Source: Candidatus Omnitrophota bacterium
GTDB taxonomy: Bacteria > Omnitrophota > Gorgyraeia > Gygaellales > JBFMHM01
Assembly (NCBI GenBank): GCA_040753015.1
Contig: JBFMHM010000001.1
Span: 82,731-146,730, forward strand
Direction: 5' to 3'
Length of the DNA stretch: 64,000 nucleotides
The translations under genes and the position numbers were made by a program. Under the pieces are notes generated by a model. That model did no database searches, was not told where the DNA came from, and saw nothing but the letters and a program-made list of their open reading frames with translations. Every line of letters begins with the position of its first letter. Positions within the stretch are counted from its first letter, which is position 1. Shown here piece by piece: positions 17,528 through 27,031 of the stretch.

Positions 17528-17683
17528 ATGCAAACCATTACTGCAAAAGAAATGAGAAAGTTAGATGCTTTGGCGACAAGCCGATACGGAATTCCCAGCT
17601 TGATTCTGATGGAAAATGCGGGAAGATCAGCCAAAGAAGAAGCCTTAAAGATGCTACCAAAAAATGCGCCAAGAAAACAGTAA
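17528..17683 (+). pseudogene. truncated N-terminal fragment of NAD(P)H-hydrate epimerase (nnr/yjeF_N)
   Basis: MQTITAKEMRKLDALATSRYGIPSLILMENAGRSAKEEALKML matches the YjeF_N start pattern (T..EMR..D..A....GIP...LMENAG). It stops at codon 52, before the GxGNNGGDG motif. Confidence 0.45.
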
Positions 17684-17785
17684 CCTTTGGCTTATTGAAA
17701 AAAGGCTTGATTAAAAAACAAGCAAATAAATTTACCGGTGGGGTAGTAGTTGGAGATATTTCCCTCCCACAAAATTAAAGGGGCT

Positions 17786-18568
17786 ATGAAAACAGTTATA
17801 TTTTATTTTTCCGGGACAGGAAATTGTTTGAAGGTTGCGCAGGATATTGCCGCAGGACTTAAGGATACCGAAATTATCGCTATTCCTAAAGTAATCGATG
17901 AAAGCGAAATTTCTACCAAGGCAAATAATGTCGGAATAATTTATCCTGTTTACATGTTCGGAATGCCTTTAATTCTTAGCCGGTTTATAAAAAAACTTAA
18001 ATTTAATAGTGCTCAATATATTTTTAGCGTGGCAACATACGGCGGAATGATGGGAAGCACGCTTATACAAACAAAACGAGAACTCAAAAAACAGGGGATA
18101 AAATTATCCGCGGGATTTGGCATAAAGATGCCGGGAAATTATACGCCGCTTTACGGAGCATTGCCTTTAGATAAACAAGAAAAAATGTTCGCGAAAGAAA
18201 ATGAGAAGATTAAGCTTATTTGCGAAATCGTGAAAGCATCTAAAGAAGCACCTATAGAAAAAGGTTTAATTCTCGAAAATCTGTTACTAAGCGGTATTAT
18301 TTACAACGTTTGTTCGCCACAGATACCCAGCATGGATAAATCTTTCTGGGTAAATGATAAATGTAACAGCTGTGGCATCTGCCAAAAAGTTTGCCCGGTG
18401 AAGAATATTAAAATTGTAGACGCAAAGCCAGCGTGGCTAGGTAAATGCGAGCAATGTATGGCATGTTTACAGTGGTGCCCCAAAGAAGCAATCCAATACG
18501 GCAAAAGGACAATCGGACGCAAACGCTATCATCATCCGCAAATATCTCTAGACGATATTATTTTTTAA
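17786..18568 (+). CDS. EFR1-family ferrodoxin (flavodoxin-like domain plus 2x[4Fe-4S])
   Basis: The start is revised to MKTVIFYFSGTGNCLKVAQ; the track ORF begins at 17750. Two cysteine clusters are present: CNSCGICQKVCP and CEQCMACLQWCP. Confidence 0.6.
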   Translation: MKTVIFYFSGTGNCLKVAQDIAAGLKDTEIIAIPKVIDESEISTKANNVGIIYPVYMFGMPLILSRFIKKLKFNSAQYIFSVATYGGMMGSTLIQTKRELKKQGIKLSAGFGIKMPGNYTPLYGALPLDKQEKMFAKENEKIKLICEIVKASKEAPIEKGLILENLLLSGIIYNVCSPQIPSMDKSFWVNDKCNSCGICQKVCPVKNIKIVDAKPAWLGKCEQCMACLQWCPKEAIQYGKRTIGRKRYHHPQISLDDIIF

Positions 18569-19738
18569 ATGGAAAATAATAGATTTATTGTCCATGTTGA
18601 TATGGACGCATTTTTTGCAAGCATAGAACAGCGCGATAATCCTGTATATCAGGGAAAACCAGTTGTTGTTGGCGCCAACCCAAAAGCAGGTAACGGCCGT
18701 GGTGTTGTTTCAACCTGCTCTTACGAAGCAAGAAAATTTGGCATACACTCCGCAATGCCAATTTCAATTGCTTATCGAAAATGCCCAAATGCAATATTTG
18801 TGCCAGTTAATTATTCAAAATATGTTGAAGTTTCCAACCAAATTGTTGATATATTTAACACATTTTCTCCGGATGTTGAACAAGTAAGCATTGACGAGGC
18901 ATTCATAGATATTAGCGACACATATAAACTGCATCATTCTGCCCATCAAACTTGTGTTGAAATGAAAAAGCAAATAAAAAAAGAAACCGGCTTAACTGCT
19001 TCTGTTGGCTTAGCGCCCACTAAAATGGCAGCGAAAATTGCATCAGGGCTTAAAAAACCAGATGGCCTAGTTGAAGTAACAAAAGATAAATTGCTTAATT
19101 TTCTTTGGCCCCTTGATGTTGACAAATTGTGGGGCATAGGAGAAAAAACAAAAATTGCTCTAAACCAAATGGGGATTTATAAAATAAAAGACCTGGCCCA
19201 AAAAACCAAAAATGAACTTATTAGTGTATTCGGCAAAAACGGAGCTTGGTTTTGGGAGGCAAGCCATGGCATAGATGAAAGCGAAGTTATAAGCGAACAT
19301 CAGACAAAATCAATCAGTAACGAAACTACATTTGAAAAAGATACCTCTGACAAAACAGAAATAGAAAGAGAGCTTGCCTGGCTTTGCGAGCTTGTCGCAA
19401 GCCGCCTGCGAAAAGAAATGTTTAAGTGCAGAACAATTACTTTAAAAATCCGCCTTGAAGGATTTCAAACTTATACACGCGCAAAAACAGTTGCAGAGCC
19501 AACTAACTTTCCTGAAATTCTAATTAAAGAAATAAAACAGCTTCTTGAGAACTTCAAACTGAACGATAAAAAGGTAAGGCTTTTAGGGGTGCGCACCTCA
19601 AACTTATCTAATGCCTCTGATGAACTTCTTTTTAAAACTAACGATGAAATAAAAAAAGAAAAAGTAAACAAAGCCGTAGATAAAATAAAAAATAAATTTG
19701 GCAAAAGTTGTATTTTGCGCGCAATTAGCGTAAAATAA
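18569..19738 (+). CDS. dinB: DNA polymerase IV (Y-family)
   Basis: FIVHVDMDAFFASIEQRDNP, SIDEAFIDIS and a little-finger domain are present. Length is 389 aa. Confidence 0.88.
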   Translation: MENNRFIVHVDMDAFFASIEQRDNPVYQGKPVVVGANPKAGNGRGVVSTCSYEARKFGIHSAMPISIAYRKCPNAIFVPVNYSKYVEVSNQIVDIFNTFSPDVEQVSIDEAFIDISDTYKLHHSAHQTCVEMKKQIKKETGLTASVGLAPTKMAAKIASGLKKPDGLVEVTKDKLLNFLWPLDVDKLWGIGEKTKIALNQMGIYKIKDLAQKTKNELISVFGKNGAWFWEASHGIDESEVISEHQTKSISNETTFEKDTSDKTEIERELAWLCELVASRLRKEMFKCRTITLKIRLEGFQTYTRAKTVAEPTNFPEILIKEIKQLLENFKLNDKKVRLLGVRTSNLSNASDELLFKTNDEIKKEKVNKAVDKIKNKFGKSCILRAISVK

Positions 19739-19761
19739 ACTATAAAGATTACGAGGTATAT

Positions 19762-20244
19762 ATGCAAATTATAATAATGTATTATTCGAGGTCAGGCAAT
19801 ACTGAAAAATTAGCACACGAAATTGCAAAAGGCGTAGAGAAAGTAAAAGATATAAAATGTATAATAAAACCTTCATCAGCTATTACAAAAGACGACCTTA
19901 TAGCATCAGATGGCATAATTGCTGGCTCTCCAGTATATTTTGGCACAATGGCAGCAGAATTAAAACAAGTATTCGATAAATTTGTTGCAATACGCAAACA
20001 AATGGGTGATAAAATAGGCGCGGCATTCGCAACTTCCGGAGATAATTCCGGAGGCAAAGAAACAACGCTTATTTCAATCATACAAGCAATGCTAATATAC
20101 GGCATGATAATTGTAGGTGATCCGCTTGATGCAACCGGCCATTATGGGGTAAGCTGCACAGGCGCGCCGGATAGCAAAACCTGCCAAAATGCGTTTAAGC
20201 TTGGCAAACGCGTTGCAACTCTAGTAAAAAAATTAAAAAGCTAG
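19762..20244 (+). CDS. flavodoxin-family protein (WrbA/NADPH-FMN reductase-like)
   Basis: IIMYYSRSGNTEKLAHEIAKG is the flavodoxin FMN-binding loop. Length is 160 aa. Confidence 0.6.
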   Translation: MQIIIMYYSRSGNTEKLAHEIAKGVEKVKDIKCIIKPSSAITKDDLIASDGIIAGSPVYFGTMAAELKQVFDKFVAIRKQMGDKIGAAFATSGDNSGGKETTLISIIQAMLIYGMIIVGDPLDATGHYGVSCTGAPDSKTCQNAFKLGKRVATLVKKLKS

Positions 20245-20246
20245 TA

Positions 20247-21458
20247 ATGTTTTCCTCTCCTGAATTAATTTCTCCAGCTGGCAGCTGGGCGTCACTACAA
20301 AGCGCAATAAAAGCTGGCGCAGACGCAGTTTATTTTGGTATAAAAGAATTAAATATGCGCGACTCAGCAGATAATTTCGATGTGCTTGAGATAAAAAAAA
20401 TAATGCAATTACTGCACAGCAATCAGAAAAAAGGCTATCTAACCCTAAACTGCCTTATTTATAATAATGAAATAGAAAAGCTAGAAAAAATTTTAGCGCA
20501 TGCTAAAGCTGCCAAAGTTGATGCAATAATTGCCTGGGATATGGCAGTAATAGAACTTGCCAAAAAATTTAACATACCTATACACCTATCAACACAGGCA
20601 AGCGTTTCAAATTTTCTTTCATTAAAGTTTTTCGTTAATCTTGGCATTAAAAGAATAGTTTTAGCCAGAGAATGTTCTCTTGCTGATATAAAAAATATGG
20701 TTGCTAAAATTAAGGCGTTTAAATTAGATTGCCAAATTGAAACATTTATTCATGGGGCAATGTGTGTTAGTATTTCAGGCAGGTGCCTATTGTCAGAGCA
20801 TGCCTTTGATAAATCAGCAAATAGAGGAGAATGCCTACAACCATGCCGTAGAGAATATTTGATTAAAGATAGTGAATTAGGCGATGAATATAATTTAGGC
20901 AAAAACTATATTCTTAGCACAAAAGACCTCTGCACAATTAATTTTATTGATAAACTAATAAAAGCAGGTGTAAGCGCATTTAAAATTGAGGGAAGAATGC
21001 GTTCTCCAGAATATGTCAGCACAGTCACTTTTACTTATCGGCAAGCAATTGATGCATTTTTTAAAGGTAAGCTAAATGCTGCATTAAAAAAATCATTGCG
21101 AAATAAACTAAAAACTGTTTTTAACCGCGATTTTGATGAAGGCTTTTATTTGTCACCTCCTAAAGAAACAGGCATTCCTAATGGCACAAGTGATTATGAA
21201 AAGATTTTTATCGGTGAAGTAAAGAATTTTTATAAGCGCATAAATGTTGCAGAGGTCTTGCTCTATAGCGGTAAAATTTCTCTAGGTGATAAAATACTAA
21301 TTTTTGGTAAAAAAACACCTGCTTTATTTATAAAAATTTCTGAACTGCAAATAGAACATAAAAATGTAGAAAACGCACAAAAAGGAGATTTAGTTGGAAT
21401 AAAAGTAAAATCTCCACTTAAGCCCAAAGATAAAGTTTTTCTATGGAGAAAAAAATAG
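20247..21458 (+). CDS. peptidase U32 family protein
   Basis: LSTQASVSNFLSLKFFVNLGIKRIVLARECSL, the E..C..C motif (CLQPCRREY) and a C-terminal barrel are present. Confidence 0.8.
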   Translation: MFSSPELISPAGSWASLQSAIKAGADAVYFGIKELNMRDSADNFDVLEIKKIMQLLHSNQKKGYLTLNCLIYNNEIEKLEKILAHAKAAKVDAIIAWDMAVIELAKKFNIPIHLSTQASVSNFLSLKFFVNLGIKRIVLARECSLADIKNMVAKIKAFKLDCQIETFIHGAMCVSISGRCLLSEHAFDKSANRGECLQPCRREYLIKDSELGDEYNLGKNYILSTKDLCTINFIDKLIKAGVSAFKIEGRMRSPEYVSTVTFTYRQAIDAFFKGKLNAALKKSLRNKLKTVFNRDFDEGFYLSPPKETGIPNGTSDYEKIFIGEVKNFYKRINVAEVLLYSGKISLGDKILIFGKKTPALFIKISELQIEHKNVENAQKGDLVGIKVKSPLKPKDKVFLWRKK

Positions 21459-21481
21459 AAGTGTTATAATAGCACAATAAT

Positions 21482-21949
21482 ATGAACAAAAAACTAAGTC
21501 AATTAATTATGGTATGGTTTTTGCCGCTAATAATTTTTGGTGGTTTATTTTTTTCGCTATTAGGCTACATTGTCTTTTTAATGATGATTTTTATGTTAAT
21601 TTTATCTTACTTTAAGGGGAGATTTTGGTGCTGGAATTTATGCCCGCGCGGAGCATTTTTAGATTTAGCCTTGAGTAAATTTAGCCGTAAAAATAAATTT
21701 CCAAAAATATTTTCTAGCATAAAGTTCAGGTGGGCTTTTTTTGCATTATTTATGTCGTTTTTTATTTTCCAATTAATCATCGCGCCTAAAAACATATATG
21801 CAATTGGCTTTGTATTTGTAAGAATGTGCTTATTAACTACCCTAATTGCAATTTTACTTGGCATTCCTTTATTAGAACGCGCATGGTGCATAATTTGCCC
21901 AATGGGCACACTGCAACACAAAATCTCACAATTAAATAAAAGAAAATAG
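21482..21949 (+). CDS. hypothetical membrane protein with two CxxCP motifs
   Basis: Four TM helices. CWNLCPRGAF and CIICPMGT suggest a metal or Fe-S site. Confidence 0.45.
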   Translation: MNKKLSQLIMVWFLPLIIFGGLFFSLLGYIVFLMMIFMLILSYFKGRFWCWNLCPRGAFLDLALSKFSRKNKFPKIFSSIKFRWAFFALFMSFFIFQLIIAPKNIYAIGFVFVRMCLLTTLIAILLGIPLLERAWCIICPMGTLQHKISQLNKRK

Positions 21950-21967
21950 CTAAAAAACAGATTTATC

Positions 21968-21996
21968 TTGACTTCGTAACCTTTTGATGATACAGT
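21968..21996 (+). promoter_or_regulatory. sigma-70-like promoter for hup (TTGACT, 17 nt, TACAGT)
   Basis: TTGACT tcgtaaccttttgatga TACAGT is followed by an 84-nt leader to the hup ATG. Confidence 0.4.
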
Positions 21997-22080
21997 AGTT
22001 ATCGTAAATAAGCCCCTCGTTCCGACACTTGCCTTAACTCGGGGTCAATTTTACAAACCGAAATTGAGAGGACTAAAAAA

Positions 22081-22353
22081 ATGACAAAAAAAGATATTGT
22101 AATAAAAATTAGCGAGCAAACTGGGTTAAAACAAATTGATGTAAAAAAAGTAGTGCAAAAAACTTTTGACACTATAGTTGATGCATTATCAAAGGGCGAG
22201 AAGATTGAATTGCGTAATTTTGGCGTATTTAAGACAAAAGAGCGCCGGGCGCGAGCTGGTAGGAATCCCCGTACAGGCGAAATCGTCCCTGTACCCGCAA
22301 GAAAAGTAGTCGTGTTCAAATCTGGCCTTGTAATGAAACAACAAACAAAATAA
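22081..22353 (+). CDS. hup: DNA-binding protein HU
   Basis: 90 aa. ELRNFGVFKTKERRARAGRNPRTGEIVPVPARKVVVFKSG is the HU arm. Confidence 0.9.
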   Translation: MTKKDIVIKISEQTGLKQIDVKKVVQKTFDTIVDALSKGEKIELRNFGVFKTKERRARAGRNPRTGEIVPVPARKVVVFKSGLVMKQQTK

Positions 22354-22371
22354 TCCCTTCTTAGTAAATTA

Positions 22372-23619
22372 ATGTATACTTCACCCAGAGGAACGCAAGA
22401 CAGGATAGGTCAAGATTTAACCGTTTTAAGATTTATAGAAAAACAGGCCCGCCAAATTTTTAAAAAATATAATTACAATGAAATCTCAACCCCAATAATT
22501 GAAGAAGAAAAACTTTTCATGCGTTCGCTTGGTAAAACTACAGAAGTTGTAAAAAAACAAATGCTCACAATCAAAAAAAGCGGAGAAACACTTGTGCTTA
22601 GGCCTGAAGCGACTGCTGGTGTAATCAGAGCTTATCTAGAAAATAACCTTGATAAATGCGGCGAATTCACTAAATTATTTTATATTGGCCAAATGTACCG
22701 CGGAGAACGGCCACAAAAAGGCCGACTACGAGAATTTTATCAATTCGGCGTTGAGGCAATAGGCAGCAGTAGTCCATTTATTGATGCTGAAGTAATTGCA
22801 TTAGCCAGTCAAATCCTTGATAACATAAATGTCTGCGGATACAGAATCATCATAAATACGCTTGGCTGCTTAAATGATAAAGATAAATTTGCACAAATTC
22901 TTAAGAAAATATTATCTACAAAAATAAAAATATTTTGCCCAGACTGCAAGCGCCGTATAAAAGAGAATGTCTTTCGTGTGCTTGACTGTAAAAATGAAAC
23001 ATGTAAAGAAGCAGTAAGAAATTTAAATATCAACAGAAAAGATTATCTTTGCAATGACTGCCAGAACCATTATGAAAGCGTAAAAGATAATTTAAAACAA
23101 ATTGATATAGGTTTTGAAGAAGATATTTGCTTGGTCCGCGGGCTTGATTATTATACAAAAACTGTATTTGAAATTAAACATGCCTCGCTGGGGTCACAAG
23201 ATACACTTGGTGCAGGCGGAAGATATGACAACTTGGTTCAAGAGCTCGGAGGAAAACCTACTGCAGCAGTTGGCTTTGCTTTCGGTATCGAACGTGTAAT
23301 TTTAGTCAGCGATATAGCTGAAAAAATCAAGGATCAGGAAGAAAAATTACGAGTATTTATTGCATGCCTTGGAGACAATGCATTAAAGTGTGGATTTAAA
23401 TTACTGCAAAATTTGAGAAAAAATAATATCAACGCAGAAGCTGATTTACGCCAGAGTTCTTTAAAATCTCAAATGCGCCAGGCGAATAAATTAAATGCAA
23501 GATTTGTTATAATTATCGGGGATAATGAACTAGAAAAAGGAACCGTAGTATTAAAAAATATGGCTTCGGGAGAACAGAAAGAAATAAAGAAAGAAGAATT
23601 GATAGGAGCAATATGTTAA
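22372..23619 (+). CDS. hisS: histidyl-tRNA synthetase
   Basis: PRGTQDRIGQD, LRPEATAGVIRAY, the class II motifs GGRYDNL, and a C-terminal anticodon-binding domain are present. Confidence 0.88.
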   Translation: MYTSPRGTQDRIGQDLTVLRFIEKQARQIFKKYNYNEISTPIIEEEKLFMRSLGKTTEVVKKQMLTIKKSGETLVLRPEATAGVIRAYLENNLDKCGEFTKLFYIGQMYRGERPQKGRLREFYQFGVEAIGSSSPFIDAEVIALASQILDNINVCGYRIIINTLGCLNDKDKFAQILKKILSTKIKIFCPDCKRRIKENVFRVLDCKNETCKEAVRNLNINRKDYLCNDCQNHYESVKDNLKQIDIGFEEDICLVRGLDYYTKTVFEIKHASLGSQDTLGAGGRYDNLVQELGGKPTAAVGFAFGIERVILVSDIAEKIKDQEEKLRVFIACLGDNALKCGFKLLQNLRKNNINAEADLRQSSLKSQMRQANKLNARFVIIIGDNELEKGTVVLKNMASGEQKEIKKEELIGAIC

Positions 23620-24998
23620 GAACACATACATGCAATGAATTAAATATAAATAATCTAGATAAAGAAGTTATTTTATGCGGTTGGGTACACAGAAGAAGGG
23701 ATCATGGAAAATTAATTTTTATTGATTTAAGAGATAGATACGGAATAACTCAAGTTGTATTTTTCCCAGATAAAAAAAACCCCATCCTTTATGAAAGGGC
23801 TCAAACATTGCGTTCGGAATTCGTAATATCTGTTAAGGGTAAAGTTGGAAAAAGGCCAAAAGGTAACGAGAACCCAAATATTGCTACAGGTGAAATCGAG
23901 CTTCAATCGCTAGAATTACAGATATTAAATACCTCTGAAACTCCGCCATTTGAGATTGATGAAAATCTAGATATAACAGAGGAACTTCGCTTAAAATATC
24001 GCTATCTTGACTTAAGGCGCTGTAATGTTTTAAATAATCTTATAACCAGGTCAAATGTTTGCAATATAATCCGCAAAATACTTTTAAAAGAAAATTTTGT
24101 AGAAGTAGAAACGCCAATTTTAACCAAGTCTACGCCTGAAGGTGCGCGCGATTATCTAGTGCCATCAAGATTAAACCCAGGACATTTTTATGCCCTGCCG
24201 CAATCTCCGCAGTTATTTAAACAAATCCTTATGGTAGGCGGAATGGATCGTTATTTTCAGATTGCGAAATGTTTCCGCGATGAAGACTTAAGAGCAGATA
24301 GGCAACCAGAATTTACACAGCTCGACCTAGAAATGTCATTTGTCGATGAAAACGATATCTATTGTATAATTGAAGAAATTTTTAAACAAATTTTTAAACT
24401 GGTAAAAGGCATTGATATAAAAACTCCGTTTAGGAAAATAACATATGATGAAGCAATATCAAAATATAATTCTGATAAACCAGACCTGCGGCCTGAGACA
24501 AAAGAAGAATTTAGTTTTACATGGATCGTAGATTTTCCGCTATTTAAATACAATGAAGATGAAAAAAGATGGGAATCCGAACATCATCCATTTACAGCAC
24601 CAGCAATCGAAGAATTAGATAAACTGTGCCTGGATGATCTATCGAAAATAAAATCCCGCTCTTACGATCTTGTATTAAACGGCCAAGAGATTGGATCTGG
24701 ATCAATCAGGATACATAGTCAAGATTTACAAGAAAAGATTTTTGAAATAATTGGTATAAATAAAGAAGAGGCAAAAGTAAGATTTGGATTTATGCTTGAG
24801 GCGTTTAAATATGGCGCGCCGCCGCATGGAGGTTTTGCTTTTGGACTAGATAGACTACTTGCAATTCTTTGTAATTCTGAGACTATAAGGAATGTGATCG
24901 CATTCCCAAAGACACAGAAAGCAGCATGCTCCATGACTGAAGCCCCAAGCACAGTAGACATAAAACAATTAAAGGAATTAGGAATTGATATAAAGTAG
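23613..24998 (+). CDS. aspS: aspartyl-tRNA synthetase, short form lacking the GAD insertion
   Basis: The N-terminus is LRTHTCNEL...WVHRRRDHGKLIFIDLRDRYGITQVV. Bacterial-type motifs FRDEDLRADRQPEFTQLDLEMSF are present. Only about 12 residues separate SDKPDLRPE and FSFTWIVDFPLF, where E. coli has a 130-aa GAD domain. Length is 461 aa. Confidence 0.85.
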   Translation: MLRTHTCNELNINNLDKEVILCGWVHRRRDHGKLIFIDLRDRYGITQVVFFPDKKNPILYERAQTLRSEFVISVKGKVGKRPKGNENPNIATGEIELQSLELQILNTSETPPFEIDENLDITEELRLKYRYLDLRRCNVLNNLITRSNVCNIIRKILLKENFVEVETPILTKSTPEGARDYLVPSRLNPGHFYALPQSPQLFKQILMVGGMDRYFQIAKCFRDEDLRADRQPEFTQLDLEMSFVDENDIYCIIEEIFKQIFKLVKGIDIKTPFRKITYDEAISKYNSDKPDLRPETKEEFSFTWIVDFPLFKYNEDEKRWESEHHPFTAPAIEELDKLCLDDLSKIKSRSYDLVLNGQEIGSGSIRIHSQDLQEKIFEIIGINKEEAKVRFGFMLEAFKYGAPPHGGFAFGLDRLLAILCNSETIRNVIAFPKTQKAACSMTEAPSTVDIKQLKELGIDIK

Positions 24999-25018
24999 AG
25001 GCACATACGAGGAGAATT

Positions 25019-25267
25019 ATGAAAAATATAAATATATTTTTGTTAATGATGTTCACTGTACTGCTTGTATCGGGTTGTCTTATGCGGACTTATTCTATAA
25101 AAAAAGAACGTGTTGATCAAACTATATCTGGCAACTGCGGTTATATTACAGGAACTCCCAGCGATAAAGAAAAACAGCCGTCAAATAAAACACATCGCCA
25201 GATAAATATATTAGAGATAGAATTAGGGCCGCACAACATTGATGGAACAACTAATACAATAAAATAA
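25019..25267 (+). CDS. small lipoprotein
   Basis: The signal peptide MKNINIFLLMMFTVLLVSGC ends in a lipobox Cys. Confidence 0.45.
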   Translation: MKNINIFLLMMFTVLLVSGCLMRTYSIKKERVDQTISGNCGYITGTPSDKEKQPSNKTHRQINILEIELGPHNIDGTTNTIK

Positions 25268-25272
25268 TTTTT

Positions 25273-26637
25273 ATGCAAAGATTGCTTCCGGAAAGTAAAA
25301 ATAAAATATCTACGCTTATTGGATATTTTATCCTGCTAACATCAGCCTATCTTTTAGGTTTTAACATGCTTGTTGTGTTTTTTATTATTGGTATCCTAAG
25401 CTACCTATGGCTTTCATCTAAAAAAATAAAATATAACTTATATCAGTTTAGTCTTTTAATTTTACTCCTTCTTTTCGCAAGCAAGTTAATTATAGAAAAT
25501 AAGCTTTCGGCATACTTTATTCCAATTTCTGCAATTGCAATGTTAGCTACATTATTATTCAATAACCTCAATATTGCATTTTTAATGACAATTATATCAT
25601 CCATACTAGTATCACTTTTTATTAGAAGCGATCTTTACTTATTTTTAATATTCTTAATTTCTGGCATCACGAGCGTTATCCTAAGCTTTAAGGCGAGAAG
25701 GCGCATACAAATTATAAATGCAGGGATCATAGTTGGGATAGTTCAAGTTATATGTATTTTATTTGTTAATGATTTTCAAATTTTAGATTTTAAGCGCTCG
25801 ATTCTGCCTAGTATATTAAATGGCTTCTTATCAAGTATTTTTGTTCTAGGTACATTGCCAATTTTTGAATATCTATTCGGCGTTTTAACTGATATAAGTT
25901 TATTAGAACTGACCGATTTTAATCATCCTCTGCTAAAAAGACTTACATTAGAAGCACCCGGCACATATCACCACTCGCTTATTGTAGGCAATCTTAGCGA
26001 AGCTGCTTGTGATGCAATAGGGGCCAATTCTCTTTTGGCCAGGGTAGGCGCATACTATCACGATATTGGCAAACTAGCCAAACCTGAATATTTCAACGAA
26101 AACCAACTTAAAACAAATAAACATGATAACATTTCTCCGAATTTAAGCAGGATGATTATCATGAACCATGTTAAAGAAGGCATTAACCTTGGAAAAAAAT
26201 ATAGGATTAATCCTATAATCTCAAGTTTTATTGAACAGCATCATGGCACAAGCATGATCTATTATTTTTATCGCAAAGCGCAAGAAACGGGATTAGATAA
26301 GAATATTAAAGAAGATGCGTTTAGATACCAAGGGCCGAAACCAAAAACTATTGAAACAGCGGTCGTTCTTTTGGCAGATTCTGCTGAAGCTGCAACTCGC
26401 GCAATAGAAGATCCAACTCCTTCAAAAATTCAAGAAACGGTACATAAAATAATTAATAATAAATTTACTGACGGCCAACTTGATGAATGCGAATTAACCT
26501 TAAAAGACTTAGAAAAAATTGCCAAAACTTTTATCCGCCTTCTTAATGTCGTATATCATACAAGAATAGAATATCCTGATGAAAATAAAGCTGCAAAACA
26601 TACAGAAAAAAATTTGCCTAAACCAAAAAATAATTAA
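25273..26637 (+). CDS. 7TM-receptor HD/HDIG phosphohydrolase (PgpH/YqfF-like)
   Basis: Seven N-terminal TM helices. The HD domain reads HHSLIVGNLSEAACDAIGANSLLARVGAYYHDIGK. Confidence 0.75.
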   Translation: MQRLLPESKNKISTLIGYFILLTSAYLLGFNMLVVFFIIGILSYLWLSSKKIKYNLYQFSLLILLLLFASKLIIENKLSAYFIPISAIAMLATLLFNNLNIAFLMTIISSILVSLFIRSDLYLFLIFLISGITSVILSFKARRRIQIINAGIIVGIVQVICILFVNDFQILDFKRSILPSILNGFLSSIFVLGTLPIFEYLFGVLTDISLLELTDFNHPLLKRLTLEAPGTYHHSLIVGNLSEAACDAIGANSLLARVGAYYHDIGKLAKPEYFNENQLKTNKHDNISPNLSRMIIMNHVKEGINLGKKYRINPIISSFIEQHHGTSMIYYFYRKAQETGLDKNIKEDAFRYQGPKPKTIETAVVLLADSAEAATRAIEDPTPSKIQETVHKIINNKFTDGQLDECELTLKDLEKIAKTFIRLLNVVYHTRIEYPDENKAAKHTEKNLPKPKNN

Positions 26638-27031
26638 TGAGGCAATAAAAAAGTTAGAGAAAATTAAATTATTTAAAAACTATTCATTTTCAGTTTCGCT
26701 TATTTCTAATAATCAAATAAAAAAAATAAATAAAGATTATCATAAAAAAAATTATCCTACAGATGTACTTAGCTTTGAAATAAACCAACCTGAATTTATT
26801 AAAAAGAAGGTAAAAGTCTTCGATGGCGACATCATAATATCTGTTGATACCGCAAAGGATAATTCTAAAATCTATAATAAAAGCATAGAAGAAGAAATTT
26901 TACTTTATATTATTCACGGCATATTACACCTAACTGGTTTTAACGATAAAACAAGGAAAGAGGCAGAAATAATGCATAAAAAACAAGAAAAAATTCTAAA
27001 TAAAGTTATAAAGATTAAGAATCAAGGATAA
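26579..27031 (+). CDS. ybeY: rRNA maturation RNase YbeY
   Basis: PTDVLSF...IIHGILHLTGFND is the H..H.....H zinc motif. The first ATG in frame overlaps the upstream gene by 59 nt, so the true start may lie downstream. Confidence 0.8.
   Translation: MKIKLQNIQKKICLNQKIINEAIKKLEKIKLFKNYSFSVSLISNNQIKKINKDYHKKNYPTDVLSFEINQPEFIKKKVKVFDGDIIISVDTAKDNSKIYNKSIEEEILLYIIHGILHLTGFNDKTRKEAEIMHKKQEKILNKVIKIKNQG

Noticed and set aside
17434-17778. 114-aa ORF overlapping the end of the membrane-protein gene and the nnr fragment
   Set aside because: It has no coding signal or RBS and overlaps a better-supported gene. The region is better explained as a decayed nnr remnant.
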